From NCBI GenBank assembly GCA_016125225.1, contig WGME01000019.1, forward strand, positions 60,162-124,161: 64,000 nucleotides of DNA, read 5' to 3'. The notes below the pieces were generated by a model. The model ran no database searches. It saw only the letters and a list, made by a program, of their open reading frames with translations, and was not told the DNA's origin. The position numbers were made by a program, and so were the translations under genes. Below, one piece after another: positions 1-10,562 of this stretch. Numbering within the stretch: position 1 is the stretch's first letter; every line of letters starts with the position of its first letter. Source of the DNA: a bacterium. Lineage in GTDB: Bacteria > Planctomycetota > Planctomycetia > Planctomycetales > Planctomycetaceae.

Positions 1-1652
1 TGCAAGGCCGCTGCGGCTCGTGCATGCAGATCCATGATGTAGGGATTGTTGCCGCCCGATTTGCCCGCGGCGATTGCCAGACCGGCACCGCGCGACAGCC
101 AGTCGGGCAGGTTGCCGCCATCTCGTTTCAAGAAGGCTCCGGTCACCTGCTCGATCACATTCAATTGCAGATTGGGGGTTGTGCTGGTGGCTTCATCGCC
201 TGTGTCCTGCATGGCAGCAAAGGCCTGCGACTGAGCGGTTGTCACCTGGCTATGCCCCGTGACTTCCCGAGGGACTTGCCGACGATGCACCGTATTATTG
301 AACTCTTCATAGCCGAAGCGTTCCTTGAAGACAAAGATCGCCAGTTTGCCTTTGAACAGGGGCTGATCTTTCACGTTGAACATGGTCCGCAATGCGGTGG
401 CCTGTTCTTCGGCCCATTGCCCGACTTCTTCCAGTCGACGCGGTGCGACATCGCCCATCACCAGGAAGTTATCAGTCTGATGGGTCACCGCTTCGTCACC
501 TTGCGGAAAGGTTCTCTGCCACAACTCCTGCGAGTCGGTCAGACGTTTCTCAATCCATTGATCGGGTGTCAGCTTGGCGAGTTTTTCGGCTTCCATCTGT
601 TCCGGTGTGGGGATCAACTCAGCTAACGGACGCTTGGCGTCGCTGCCATCGAACTTGGCTCCTTCGGTGATCCACGTCCGCAGGTCGGCATGCCACTTCC
701 GGGTGATGCGTGCCATATTGCCTTGAGGCATCACCGGTTCGTCGTCGGCATTCACCAAACGCCACAGGCGGCTTTCCTCGGGCTTACCGGGGACAATGAC
801 CTTGCCACTTTCCCCCCCTGCCATCACCCGTTCAAACGTGGCCAGAGAGAAACCGCCGCGGGGATTAGGCCCGGCATTGTGACAACCACCGCAGGTGTTC
901 ACGAAAGTCGGGGCAATGTCGCGGACAAACGAGACGGTTTCGTTGCCCGTCGCTTTGGCGATTTCGATTTTTTCGGTGGCCGCCATGGGGTTCGCCTTCA
1001 ACAGCGACAAGGCCACATCTTTCTCAGTCCCGTCGAAAGCCGCCCCGTTGGCAATCCACAGGGCGATCTTGCGAATCTCATCCTGAGACAGCGGCTCCGC
1101 ATTGCGCGGCATGCGCTGCATGGGATTGGGCGAGGCGAGGCGAGCCATCAGCAGGCTGTTATTGGGATTGCCAGCCACCAGCAATGGGCCCGATCGACCA
1201 CCCCGCTCCATGGCGGCAAAGTTCTCCAGGCAGAGTCCGCCGGATGCCCGCTGCGCATCGTGACAGTTGCCACATTTGTCGACAAGGATCGGGGCGATGT
1301 CTTTGGCGAAACTCACCGCCGGGGCCGCTCCCCCCTTCCCTCCGGTGGCTTTGGCCAAGGCTGCCGTCTGCAAGTCGATCTGCTTCCTCAGGGCCGCGAC
1401 CTGACGATCATTCTCGGGAAACTCTGCGGCTCCCAAAAGTGCTTCGAGTTGCTTCTCGACGTCAGTGATCGCGGCTTGAGCTTCGTCGGTCTTTTTCCGA
1501 CTGATGAGCGCGGGAACCTTGCGGATCTCCGAGGTGAGGGCTCCCAATTCCTTCCGCTGGGCCGGGGTCGGCGGGGCGGCAAACACCATCCACGATGCAC
1601 ACACCACAACCACAACAGTACAGGCTTTCGCCAGAAGCGGAGTTCGCCGCAT
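1..1652 (-). CDS. Planctomycete cytochrome c (PSCyt1) domain protein; N-terminus lies in the window and the gene runs off the left edge (partial)
   Basis: Manual minus-strand translation from ATG (cat at 1650-1652) gives MRRTPLLAKACTVVVVVCASWMVFA (signal peptide). Two haem-type motifs follow: FAKDIAPILVDKCGNCHD and FVRDIAPTFVNTCGGCHN. The frame stays open to position 1. It is missing from the ORF track only because it is edge-truncated. Confidence 0.8.
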   Translation of the reverse strand, partial: MRRTPLLAKACTVVVVVCASWMVFAAPPTPAQRKELGALTSEIRKVPALISRKKTDEAQAAITDVEKQLEALLGAAEFPENDRQVAALRKQIDLQTAALAKATGGKGGAAPAVSFAKDIAPILVDKCGNCHDAQRASGGLCLENFAAMERGGRSGPLLVAGNPNNSLLMARLASPNPMQRMPRNAEPLSQDEIRKIALWIANGAAFDGTEKDVALSLLKANPMAATEKIEIAKATGNETVSFVRDIAPTFVNTCGGCHNAGPNPRGGFSLATFERVMAGGESGKVIVPGKPEESRLWRLVNADDEPVMPQGNMARITRKWHADLRTWITEGAKFDGSDAKRPLAELIPTPEQMEAEKLAKLTPDQWIEKRLTDSQELWQRTFPQGDEAVTHQTDNFLVMGDVAPRRLEEVGQWAEEQATALRTMFNVKDQPLFKGKLAIFVFKERFGYEEFNNTVHRRQVPREVTGHSQVTTAQSQAFAAMQDTGDEATSTTPNLQLNVIEQVTGAFLKRDGGNLPDWLSRGAGLAIAAGKSGGNNPYIMDLHARAAAAL

Positions 1653-1856
1653 GGCCATTCCATCCTCTTTCGATGGTTGACAGAACCGATTTGTCCGCCG
1701 ATTTCTCGGACAGCTCGCGATAGTCTTGGCAGACTTTCGCTACTATAACAGAGTATCGCCTCAGGCTGGCTCTGTCGATTGGAGTGATCGTTCCGACAGC
1801 CGGACGATCGACGGAATCCCGCAGTTTTCACCTGTTTTTCAGCCTGAACCTGCGCC

Positions 1857-2747
1857 GTGAAACCCGCACTTCCCCGAGATTTTCCTGAAATGACCACGTG
1901 CCAAACGAGCCTGCTGGATCTTGAATCGCGGTTGCTGAACGTCTTGGGCAGCTACGGTGCCGCTGCCGTGGCGTTATCGGCCGGTGTCGACAGTACCCTG
2001 GTCGCTGCGGCCGCTTTTCGTGCCCTGGGGGATCGCGCCGTCGCCTTCACCGCCGTCAGTCCCAGCCTGCCGCGTGGCGAACGGGAAGCCGCGATCGAAC
2101 TGGCCAGGCACATCGGCATTCGGCATCAGCTCGTCGAGACCCGTGAGCTCGACAACGCCAGTTATGCCGCCAACCCGGTCAACCGCTGCTACTTCTGCAA
2201 GTCGACGTTGTATGCGGCCCTGCTGGAGATCGCACCGACACTGGGAGTCACGCTCCTCGTGAATGGAGCGAATCTCGATGATACGGGGGACTATCGCCCC
2301 GGTATGCAGGCGGCTCGCGAGTTCGAAGTCCACAGCCCCCTCATTGAAGCCGGATTCCACAAGGCCGATGTCCGGCAGCTCGCGGAACACTGGGGCTTGC
2401 CGAACTGGAACAAACCCGCCGGGCCCTGCCTGTCGAGCCGCATTGCCTATGGTGTCGCGGTGACTCCCGAACGGTTGGAACGGATCGATGCCGCCGAGCG
2501 TTGGTTGAAGCAACACCTCGGCATCGATGAACTGCGGGTCCGACTCGAAGAACACGAACTCGCCCGCATCGAAGTCCCGCCCCCTGCCCTGCTCCGGCTG
2601 GTCACTTCGCCCTTGCGTGATGATGCTCTCGCCGAGTTCCACCGCTTAGGTTTCCGAGCCGTAACAATCGACCTCGCTGGCTTCCGCAGCGGCAGCCTGA
2701 ATGCCCTTGTGCCATTGGTAGTCCAGCAACAAACGATGCAGCAGTGA
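1857..2747 (+). CDS. larE: LarE-family PP-loop ATP-dependent sulfur transferase (adenine nucleotide alpha-hydrolase fold)
   Basis: PP-loop LSAGVDST; PAGPCLSSRIAYG cysteine motif; C-terminal ELRVRLEEHELARIEV. The start may be the ATG at 1890 (MTTCQ) rather than the GTG at 1857. Confidence 0.75.
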   Translation: MKPALPRDFPEMTTCQTSLLDLESRLLNVLGSYGAAAVALSAGVDSTLVAAAAFRALGDRAVAFTAVSPSLPRGEREAAIELARHIGIRHQLVETRELDNASYAANPVNRCYFCKSTLYAALLEIAPTLGVTLLVNGANLDDTGDYRPGMQAAREFEVHSPLIEAGFHKADVRQLAEHWGLPNWNKPAGPCLSSRIAYGVAVTPERLERIDAAERWLKQHLGIDELRVRLEEHELARIEVPPPALLRLVTSPLRDDALAEFHRLGFRAVTIDLAGFRSGSLNALVPLVVQQQTMQQ

Positions 2748-2833
2748 GTCGCTTGGTGAAGAAGAGATATTCCGGGGCATCCGTTGATTGCCCCGACCAC
2801 CCTCCGGGCGGAATCGTCGGTCGGCTCGGAATC

Positions 2834-4621
2834 TCAGATCGTTGGCAGAAGTTGCGATGGGCAGTCGTCGGCGGGTTGATTGGCGACGAAAATGGCTGGG
2901 GCCCGTAACCGCCACCACTGAGTGGCTCGTTCCTGCGTCCATTTGCCGGAGATGTGACAGCGCGATAAGGCTTCGCGCAATTGACGTACACCGGGATAGC
3001 GGCGGCTCGGGTGCTTTTCGAGGCAACGCAGAATGACGGCTTCCAGGTCTTCCGGGATTCCGGGTTCCCACCGCGAAGGGGGCACCACTGGATCGCGGGC
3101 ATGAGCCAGCATTAGCCGCATCGGAGTGCGGCCTTCAAATGGGGGATGGCCTGTCAGCAGGAAGTAACCGGTGGCCCCGAGGGAATAGAGGTCGCTCCGT
3201 GGATCGGGGGGCAAGTCGCCACTGGCCTGCTCCGGGGCCATGTACAACGGAGAACCGGCAAAGGGACCCACCTGCTTGGGGTCGGCTTCCAGCAACATAT
3301 CGGGGCGGGCGTCGTCACAGACTAGCCCAAAGTCGAGTAGCTTGGTGACATCGTAAGCCCCGCCGCGCTGGGCGGCAAAAATGTTGGCGGGTTTCAAGTC
3401 GCGATGAATCAATCCACGGGAATGAGCTTCTTCGAGCGCATCACAGGTCTGCATCAAAAAGTGAATGACGCGCTCCGGGCAAAGTGGTCCGAAGCGGCGA
3501 ACGAGTTCCGAGAGGTTCAATCCCGGCAGGTATTCCATCACATAGTAGAACGTTCCATCATCGGTATGTCCGTAGTCATAGATTTCAACGGTGTTCCAAT
3601 GCGAGAGCTGAGCGGTCGAACGGACTTCCTTTTCGAACCGAATCAGTGAATCGGGATCGTTCACCTGGCTGGCGCGAACCAGTTTCACCGCACACGGACG
3701 TTTGAGAAGACGATGTTCGGCCAGATAAACTTCGCCCATGCCACCATGGCCGATTCGTTGTCTCAGGCGGTATTGGCCGAAGCGTAACGCCCGGCGATAG
3801 TCTTGCCGCAAGGTGGCGATGGACCAGGTGCCAAAGACCGCGACCGACCAGCAGCCCACCATAATGGCGGCGAGTTCTCCCAGGCGTTCCGGAGCGATGG
3901 TGTCATAAGCGAACGGACTCCAGGCCCGTACAAACAGCAGCGTCCCCACAGGTGCCAAGGCGGGCGGAATCAGCATGGCGGCCGTGCGTCGCCATCCGTT
4001 CGGCATGTACATGCTGTAGCACATCATGAGGACAGCGAAGACGATGCGTCCACCTGTTGCCGCCCAGATTAACTCCGTGCCACTGCGTTGTTGAATGGCC
4101 AGGTTCAGCCATCCCAGTTGTGTGCTGACCATCTGCACGCCGACCACACCAAACAGTGCGAGTTCCATCAAACGCAGATGGGTGGAATCCAAAGGCCGCT
4201 TACCTGTCAGCAGCACGGCGGAACCAATGGTGACGGTGAGAACGCCAGCTTCGATGCCACCAGGGGCGAGCCGATATGTGGCGAACTGGTAGACGAAGAA
4301 AAATCCCAGGCCAATCAGCAGAACCCAGGCTGCGGAAGTCAGCCGCGATCGCAACAGGGCATGAGGATTGTTCTGTGCATCAGGCCGGTCGACATCGACC
4401 ATGCGGACTGGCATGGCCTGGCTGCGGGAGTTCGAGCCGGAATCAGACAGCGGTTGAGAGGACTCGTTTGCTAAGGGGTCCGTCGGGCACGCCAAGCCCA
4501 CTAAGCGCGCGTACTCCCCTTCTGGAACGATCCATGTCGGTTCCAGCCAGGCAGAATCGCAGACATTGCGATCCGCGGCATCGAAGATGTCGTCTTGGAG
4601 TGCAGTCACGGGCTGTCCCAC
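2834..4621 (-). CDS. Membrane-anchored Ser/Thr protein kinase (polytopic N-terminal domain, C-terminal Hanks kinase)
   Basis: GHGGMGEVYLA...AVK, HRDLKPANIF, DFGL and SPLYMAPE motifs; several hydrophobic segments lie N-terminal of the kinase domain. Confidence 0.9.
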   Translation of the reverse strand: MGQPVTALQDDIFDAADRNVCDSAWLEPTWIVPEGEYARLVGLACPTDPLANESSQPLSDSGSNSRSQAMPVRMVDVDRPDAQNNPHALLRSRLTSAAWVLLIGLGFFFVYQFATYRLAPGGIEAGVLTVTIGSAVLLTGKRPLDSTHLRLMELALFGVVGVQMVSTQLGWLNLAIQQRSGTELIWAATGGRIVFAVLMMCYSMYMPNGWRRTAAMLIPPALAPVGTLLFVRAWSPFAYDTIAPERLGELAAIMVGCWSVAVFGTWSIATLRQDYRRALRFGQYRLRQRIGHGGMGEVYLAEHRLLKRPCAVKLVRASQVNDPDSLIRFEKEVRSTAQLSHWNTVEIYDYGHTDDGTFYYVMEYLPGLNLSELVRRFGPLCPERVIHFLMQTCDALEEAHSRGLIHRDLKPANIFAAQRGGAYDVTKLLDFGLVCDDARPDMLLEADPKQVGPFAGSPLYMAPEQASGDLPPDPRSDLYSLGATGYFLLTGHPPFEGRTPMRLMLAHARDPVVPPSRWEPGIPEDLEAVILRCLEKHPSRRYPGVRQLREALSRCHISGKWTQERATQWWRLRAPAIFVANQPADDCPSQLLPTI

Positions 4622-4936
4622 GACGCACGACGTTGAGGATTGCTCACCGGCGTTTTGCAGTCATTACTAACGCAAAGCACGCAGGCGACAGAGGGGCCTT
4701 GTTCTGGACACCAGCGCAGGCCCGCAAACTGTTGTGTCGGCGTCTAGGACATCTTTAGCTCAGGTTCGAGAGGTCCCCCGTGACGCAAATTCTCACCAAA
4801 TCGAGATTCTGAAACTCGACATCCTGCATCATTGGTTAGTCTGCGGAACTCACCCCGTTGTTATGTTTGTTACAGACGGTTAGGCGTTAAAGGCGGCAAA
4901 CCCGTCTCGCCAAGTCGAAAGAACGGCGACCAATTC

Positions 4937-6178
4937 TCAGCCAATGCCCGGCACGGGATAATTCTGGCAGAATTCCTGAATCGCCTTGCGTGTCCGCTCG
5001 ATGACCGAAGCATCTTCAGCATGCCGCAGTACGGTCAGAATCCATTCACCGACAGACCGCATTTCGGCTTCTTTCATCCCGCGGGTGGTCAACGCCGCCG
5101 TTCCGAGGCGGACACCACTGGGATCGAGCGGCTTCCGCTGATCGTAGGGAATCATGTTCTTATTGGCGGTGATTCCGGCCCGATCGAGTGCTTGTTCAGC
5201 AATTTTGCCGGTGAGACCGATCGTCGTCACATCGCACAGCATCAGGTGTGTATCGGTTCCGCCACTGGCCAGTCGAATGCCCCCGGCGACCAAGGTCTCA
5301 GCCAAGGTTTTGGCGTTCTTCACAACCTGCTCGGCGTAGGTCTTGAAGCTCGGCTGCATGGCTTCGTGGAAACAGACGGCCTTTCCGGCAATCACGTGTT
5401 CCAGCGGTCCCCCTTGCAGGCCCGGGAAGACCGTTTTATCGACCGCTTTTGCGTGGGCTTCTTTGCAAAGCACAAACCCGGAACGCGGGCCACGCAGTGT
5501 CTTATGCGACGTGGATGTCACGAAATCGGCGACGGGGACGGGGCTGTTGTAGATCCCCGCGGCAACCAACCCGGAATAGTGGGCCATATCGACCATCAGC
5601 AAGGCACCGACTTCGCGGGCAATCTCAGCGAACTTGCCGTGATCAATCTCGCGGGGATACGCGCTGCCGCCGGCCACGATCATCTTGGGTTTATGTTCGC
5701 GGGCGAGTTTGGCCACTTGATCGAAGTCAATTCGATGGTCGGACTCGCGGACCCCGTAATGGACCGGCTTGTAAAGCTGGCCGGAAAAGTTGAGGTTCAT
5801 GCCGTGTGTTAAGTGGCCGCCATGAGCCAGATCCATTGCCAGGAAAGTGTCACCCGGTTGCAGCATGGCCATGTAAACGGACATGTTGGCCTGGGAACCC
5901 GCATGGGGTTGCACATTGGCGTGGTCCGCGCCGAACAACGCGCAAGCCCGGCTGCGGGCGAGACTTTCGACGGTGTCGACGTGTTCGCAGCCGCCGTAAT
6001 AACGACGACCGGGATAACCTTCCGCGTACTTGTTCGTGAGGACCGAACCAACCGCTTCCAGAACGGCAGCGCTCGTGTAATTCTCGGAAGCGATCAATTC
6101 CAAACCATCGCGCTGACGTGTCCGTTCGTGTTCAATCGCTTCCCAGACCGCGGCATCGGTTTCCCGCAAGGCAGACAT
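4937..6178 (-). CDS. glyA: Serine hydroxymethyltransferase
   Basis: [36 protein letters not shown]; [17 protein letters not shown]-lysine motif. The start is placed at the internal ATG (cat 6176-6178); the 112-codon upstream extension of ORF 4937..6514 does not look like protein. Confidence 0.93.
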   Translation of the reverse strand: MSALRETDAAVWEAIEHERTRQRDGLELIASENYTSAAVLEAVGSVLTNKYAEGYPGRRYYGGCEHVDTVESLARSRACALFGADHANVQPHAGSQANMSVYMAMLQPGDTFLAMDLAHGGHLTHGMNLNFSGQLYKPVHYGVRESDHRIDFDQVAKLAREHKPKMIVAGGSAYPREIDHGKFAEIAREVGALLMVDMAHYSGLVAAGIYNSPVPVADFVTSTSHKTLRGPRSGFVLCKEAHAKAVDKTVFPGLQGGPLEHVIAGKAVCFHEAMQPSFKTYAEQVVKNAKTLAETLVAGGIRLASGGTDTHLMLCDVTTIGLTGKIAEQALDRAGITANKNMIPYDQRKPLDPSGVRLGTAALTTRGMKEAEMRSVGEWILTVLRHAEDASVIERTRKAIQEFCQNYPVPGIG

Positions 6179-6367
6179 CAGTATTCCCTCAGACGTTTTC
6201 AGGCTTTTTGTGACCACCGCCTGCCAGACCGGACTTCGCTCGACAGACTTCGATCGGAACGCGGGTGGCCAGACTTCGGACTCTCTGTGGCTTTGCTTAT
6301 AATCCCCAGCACGGTGATTTACTACTCTCGCGTCACCAACGGGCCTCACATCAACATTGAGTATTGT

Positions 6368-7588
6368 ATGACCGACGAATTGTCTGACTGGCCGGTCTCC
6401 TCCCCCCTGCCCCTCAGTGGCGAGACGGTGGCGTTTACGGGCACCCTGGCCTCCATGACTCATCGCGCGGCGGCGGAACTCGTTGAGCAGCAGGGCGGGC
6501 ACTTTGTTCAGCATGTCTCTCAGTTAACGACCTTGCTGGTGGTGGGAGAAGAAGGTTGGCCGTTGGAAGCCGATGGGCAACCTTCCGTGAAACTGCTGCA
6601 GGCTCAGGCGTTGCAGGAAAAAGGGTCGCCGCTCCGCGTCTTGAGTGAGTCGGAATGGCTGGCGGCCGTGGGACTCGAGAACCGCAGTCAACCACAGCAG
6701 CTTTACACCCCGGCGATGCTCAGCCAGTTGTTAAACGTCTCCGTGCACGACATTCGTCGCTGGGAACGTCTGCAACTCATTCATCCGGTCCGACGGGTGA
6801 TGCGGCTCCCGTATTTCGATCTCGATGAAGTGACGGCGGCCCGCAAATTAGCCGAGTTGCTCGCGACCGGGGTCTCGGTGGAACGAGTGTCGGAATCACT
6901 GTCTCGTTTGCAACGGGTCATGCCGAAGCTGCTGCAACCGCTGGCACAGTTGCCGATTCTGGTTCAAGGCAAAGCGGTGCTCTATCGCGATGCCGCCGGT
7001 TGGCTCGATTCTCGGACCGGACAACGACGGCTACCCTTTCTGGAATCGGAAACGGAAGCGGCATCGCCGTCAGATGAGGCCGAGGCGGCCGTGATTCCCT
7101 TTCCCACAGCCGCAACGAAGCCTTTTCAACAATTGACAGCCGACGACTGGTTTGAACGGGGCTGTCATTATGCGGAAGAGGGCGAACTCGGTTACGCCGT
7201 CGAGGCTCTCCGCTCGGCTCTCGTCGAATGTCCGGGAAATGCCGACTTCCATTTCCATCTGGCCGACGTTCTCTATCGTCAAGGGAAACGAGAAGCCGCC
7301 ATCGAGCGCTATTATGCGGCGGTAGAGCACGATCACGATTTCATCGAAGCCTGGACGCAGCTCGGATGCGTGTTATACGAATCGGCGGAGTATCCCGCGG
7401 CGAAAGAAGCCTTCCAGATCGCGCTCGATCGGCATCCTGATTTCCCGGATGCCCACTTCCATCTCGCCCAGCTACTGGAAAGGCTGGGCGACAAGACCGC
7501 AGCCCGTGCCCACTGGGAAACCTATCTGAGCTTTGATCGACAAGGCCCATGGGCCGAGATCGCACGCCAGCATCTGGATGCGGAGTGA
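6368..7588 (+). CDS. BRCT domain - MerR-type HTH - TPR repeat fusion protein
   Basis: N-terminal [46 protein letters not shown] (BRCT-like). Central [28 protein letters not shown] (MerR HTH). C-terminal repeated A..Y......P.F..A TPR units. The start is the ATG at 6368 inside the longer ORF 5813..7588. Confidence 0.7.
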   Translation: MTDELSDWPVSSPLPLSGETVAFTGTLASMTHRAAAELVEQQGGHFVQHVSQLTTLLVVGEEGWPLEADGQPSVKLLQAQALQEKGSPLRVLSESEWLAAVGLENRSQPQQLYTPAMLSQLLNVSVHDIRRWERLQLIHPVRRVMRLPYFDLDEVTAARKLAELLATGVSVERVSESLSRLQRVMPKLLQPLAQLPILVQGKAVLYRDAAGWLDSRTGQRRLPFLESETEAASPSDEAEAAVIPFPTAATKPFQQLTADDWFERGCHYAEEGELGYAVEALRSALVECPGNADFHFHLADVLYRQGKREAAIERYYAAVEHDHDFIEAWTQLGCVLYESAEYPAAKEAFQIALDRHPDFPDAHFHLAQLLERLGDKTAARAHWETYLSFDRQGPWAEIARQHLDAE

Positions 7589-7614
7589 CACATCGCTGAT
7601 GGGCTCATCGACAA

Positions 7615-7896
7615 TCAATGACCGGCGGCGTGACCGTCGTTCTGATACAGAATCGCAAACGGATCATCGTTGATATTCTGGTGTTTTGCGGTCCAGATGG
7701 TTGCGGAAACCATCAGAAACAGCAGCACGCAGAACAGGAATGCCAACAGTTGACCGATGGCCCGACCGGCCTGGGTGTCGTCAGCCACAAACGACTCCAA
7801 CTCCTGCTTTTCAAAGCGGAGTTCCCCGGGAGCCGGTGCGGCATGTGGATCGGTGGCGACAGCCGTCGCCCCATGTTCTGCTCCGTGGTCGCTCAT
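7615..7896 (-). CDS. Small single-pass membrane protein, hypothetical
   Basis: 93-aa ORF with one clear TM helix (IGQLLAFLFCVLLFLMVSATIW). No recognisable family. Confidence 0.5.
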   Translation of the reverse strand: MSDHGAEHGATAVATDPHAAPAPGELRFEKQELESFVADDTQAGRAIGQLLAFLFCVLLFLMVSATIWTAKHQNINDDPFAILYQNDGHAAGH

Positions 7897-8049
7897 CGTC
7901 TCACGATCCCTGATAACTGCTGAACCTCACTACGGTTGCGTATCTTGCTGAATCGGCACGCGGCTGTCGAGTCTGACTGATCCCTCCGAATGATGTTTCT
8001 CAGGATCGGCAAAGAGTTCCTGCGTTCAGGCCGCGTGGATTTCAGCGAC

Positions 8050-8814
8050 TCAGGCTTCTGCCAACCCGAGCAATTGTCCCAGCAGGTTGCCATGAGGGTA
8101 CGGATGTCCTGTGTGCTGGCGGAACGCCTCGCCGTAGGCCACGCCAATTTCCTGGCCGCGCTGGGCACTCCAGCGGCGACAGCCATCAAGGTATTCGTCC
8201 AGGCCATGCTGCCGACGCAGCCATTCTCGCTGACTGGCGTGGCAGGCCAGCATTTTGAGTTTCGGCTCGATGGTTGTGGAGATGTCGACAATGAATCCCG
8301 GTTCCAAGGGGCGGCCGAAGTAGTCGATGCCTTCGATGGCATCCACGTAGTAGAGATGCGGAATGTGAGCCGTCGGCGGCGCCGGATCCCATTGCTGCGT
8401 CAGGAAATGCGGCACGGACGCGGCGAAGCAGGCATCGCGCACCAACCGGCTCGTCATCTCATGATCGCTCATGTAATCGACTGGCGGAGCGGTGATGACG
8501 ATCTCGGCTTGTGACTTGCGGATCGCCTCGGTTACCCGGCGACGGCCATCGTTATCGATCAGGATCGAAAGATCGCGAAATTCCAGACACATGTAGTTGG
8601 CGCCGAGCAGGTCGGCGGCCTGCTTGGCCTCGGCCCGTCGAACGGCCGCAATCTCGTCGGGAGGGAGTTCGGCACTTCCCAGGTCGCCCGGTGTCATCGT
8701 GGCAATCGTGATCGGACAGCCAAGTTCCTTGAGTCGCCACAACGTCCCCGCGCATTGAAGTTCGACATCATCGGGGTGGGCGTGAATCGCCAGAACATGG
8801 GGCAGTTTGGACAT
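8050..8814 (-). CDS. PIG-L/LmbE-family N-acetylglucosaminyl deacetylase
   Basis: [18 protein letters not shown] zinc-binding motif. The start is ambiguous: 8814 (MSKLPH), 8832 or 8859. Confidence 0.8.
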   Translation of the reverse strand: MSKLPHVLAIHAHPDDVELQCAGTLWRLKELGCPITIATMTPGDLGSAELPPDEIAAVRRAEAKQAADLLGANYMCLEFRDLSILIDNDGRRRVTEAIRKSQAEIVITAPPVDYMSDHEMTSRLVRDACFAASVPHFLTQQWDPAPPTAHIPHLYYVDAIEGIDYFGRPLEPGFIVDISTTIEPKLKMLACHASQREWLRRQHGLDEYLDGCRRWSAQRGQEIGVAYGEAFRQHTGHPYPHGNLLGQLLGLAEA

Positions 8815-9035
8815 CAACAAGGCTCCAGCCATCAAATTTCCATCGCGCTTTGCGACCAAGTATAAGACTTCGGGGAATTCAGGTCGAACGCACGCATCGC
8901 TGGATGCAGATTCCGCTTGCCATGTTTTTCCATTCGACCTACAACACGGCGGCAGACATTGCCGATGTTCGCGCAGTCGGAGTGCTTTCCGTTGCTCGGC
9001 CGTGTCGCGATGCTCTCAGGGACGGGGGAGTCCAC

Positions 9036-10421
9036 ATGTTCGGTTCAGGGAAGAAGACGCGGCTGGCCTGGTTGTGTGTCGGTGGTTCACTGATCGGTTG
9101 TGGCCAATCGGCCGGGCCGGAAACCGCTGAGACCTCACCGCCCCTGCAACCTGCGGGAGCACTCATTTCCCCAGCGAACACGGGTGATGCTGCCCCCGTG
9201 CAGATCGCTTCCACGGAAACCCCGGCGATCATTGTCCCCACCGATGAGGTGGCCCCGGTTGAGGGGAGCCCGGCGTGGATTCTCCAGGAAATCGTGCGTA
9301 TCCGGTTGCTCCCACTCCCCGCTTTGGATTTTCCAGAAGAGGGTGCTGAGCCCGCCGATGGCGTGCAGAGCGTTTCGGCCGAAGTGCCGGCTCAGCCATC
9401 GATGAAAGAACGGCTCGCCCAGACGCGCGAAATCCGCAAACAACGCAATCAGGAAATCGTGGGTCTGGCGATGAACTGCATCGCCAAAACGGCCAAAGAT
9501 CCGGCTCAGGAAACGGCCTTCCTCACGGCAGTCCACAATCTGCTCGATGCTCAACTGCAGCTGGCACTGCAGGGTGATGAAGAGAGCACCGCCGCCTTGT
9601 ATGAAGCCGCAGAAGCTTTCTACGCGAAAAAGCCCGACTCACCAGCCGCGGCCGAAGCCCAGTTGACACTGGTTAACCTCGCCCACGCCAATGCTTTGCG
9701 GTACGGCAAAACGGAGCCCCGCTGGATTCAGGAATTTGCCCGACATTCCCAACTGCTGGCAACACGCTTTCCGAGTGAACAGACTCATGCCCTACCCCTC
9801 CTGTTAGCGGCCGGACGGAGCTGCGAGCTGAACGGTTTGTCAGAGGAAGCCAGGAGCTGCTTCAATTTGATTTCGACGAAATACCCGGAATCGACGCAGG
9901 CGTCGCAAGTCTCGGGCATTCTGCGTCGCATGAACATGATCGGTAAGCCGCTCGAATTTGAAGGGCCGACGATTGAAGGCAACTATCTGAACGTGAAGGA
10001 CTTCCAAGGCACAACAGTCGTGGCCATCTTCTGGGCGACCCATGCGGCCCCGTTTGTTGAACAATACCCGCAGTTGCAGAAGGTCACTGAAACCTACCGT
10101 AAGTACATCAAGGTGCTGAGTGTCAGCCTGGACAGTGAAGAAGGGCCCATCGACAGCTTTATTGAGCAGAACCGCTTGAACTGGCCCGTCATTTTTCACG
10201 TCGAACAAGACAAGCGCGGCTGGAACGCTCCGCTGGCCTCTTACTACGGTGTGACGACGTTGCCGACCATTTGGGTGATTGATCCCAATGGGAAGGTTGC
10301 AGCGACCGATATAACAGCTGAGACCCTGGAAGCAACGCTCCGGGAAGTCATTCTGAAGCATCGGAATGCTGCATCAGCTACCAGTGTCGACGGAAATTCA
10401 GGTGATAACGCAAACAGGTAA
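9036..10421 (+). CDS. Lipoprotein with C-terminal TlpA/thioredoxin-like fold that lacks the CXXC motif
   Basis: MFGSGKKTRLAWLCVGGSLIGCGQS lipobox. The C-terminus reads FQGTTVVAIFWATHAAPFVEQYPQL...LPTIWVIDPNGKV, which aligns to the redoxin WATWCGPC region but with both cysteines replaced. Confidence 0.7.
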   Translation: MFGSGKKTRLAWLCVGGSLIGCGQSAGPETAETSPPLQPAGALISPANTGDAAPVQIASTETPAIIVPTDEVAPVEGSPAWILQEIVRIRLLPLPALDFPEEGAEPADGVQSVSAEVPAQPSMKERLAQTREIRKQRNQEIVGLAMNCIAKTAKDPAQETAFLTAVHNLLDAQLQLALQGDEESTAALYEAAEAFYAKKPDSPAAAEAQLTLVNLAHANALRYGKTEPRWIQEFARHSQLLATRFPSEQTHALPLLLAAGRSCELNGLSEEARSCFNLISTKYPESTQASQVSGILRRMNMIGKPLEFEGPTIEGNYLNVKDFQGTTVVAIFWATHAAPFVEQYPQLQKVTETYRKYIKVLSVSLDSEEGPIDSFIEQNRLNWPVIFHVEQDKRGWNAPLASYYGVTTLPTIWVIDPNGKVAATDITAETLEATLREVILKHRNAASATSVDGNSGDNANR

Positions 10422-10463
10422 GGAAAATACTAGCGATTGCTAGTTTTACCTCCATCTTATCTG

Positions 10464-10500
10464 AACGGTGGCGTCCTAAATGACGCCGCCGTTTCTGTTT
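10464..10500 (+). terminator. Intrinsic terminator after the TlpA-like gene
   Basis: AACGGTGGCGTC-CTAAAT-GACGCCGCCGTT (one mismatch) followed by TCTGTTT. Confidence 0.6.
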
Positions 10501-10511
10501 ACATACAGAAA
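10492..10511. promoter_or_regulatory. 20-bp perfect palindrome TTTCTGT-N6-ACAGAAA upstream of lexA (candidate operator)
   Basis: Read directly from the sequence. It shares the TTCTGT/ACAGAA half-sites with the inverted repeat at 10563..10590. Confidence 0.35.
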
Positions 10512-10562
10512 TGTGCAGAGTAGGCCTCTTTTCTTGCGGTCTGATTTTCTGCGAAATGCAAC

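Noticed and set aside
24-1748. Long plus-strand ORFs 24..626 (200 aa) and 690..1748 (352 aa) at the left edge
   Set aside because: Their translations are R/G/H-rich and not protein-like. The opposite strand encodes a continuous, clearly real PSCyt1 cytochrome-domain protein with a signal peptide and two CxxCH motifs. The listed ORFs are antisense shadows.
6179-6514. 112-codon N-terminal extension of the glyA ORF, and the 5813..6367 extension of the BRCT-protein ORF
   Set aside because: The extensions overlap each other on opposite strands and are not protein-like. Conserved N-termini begin at the internal ATGs (6178 on the minus strand, 6368 on the plus strand).
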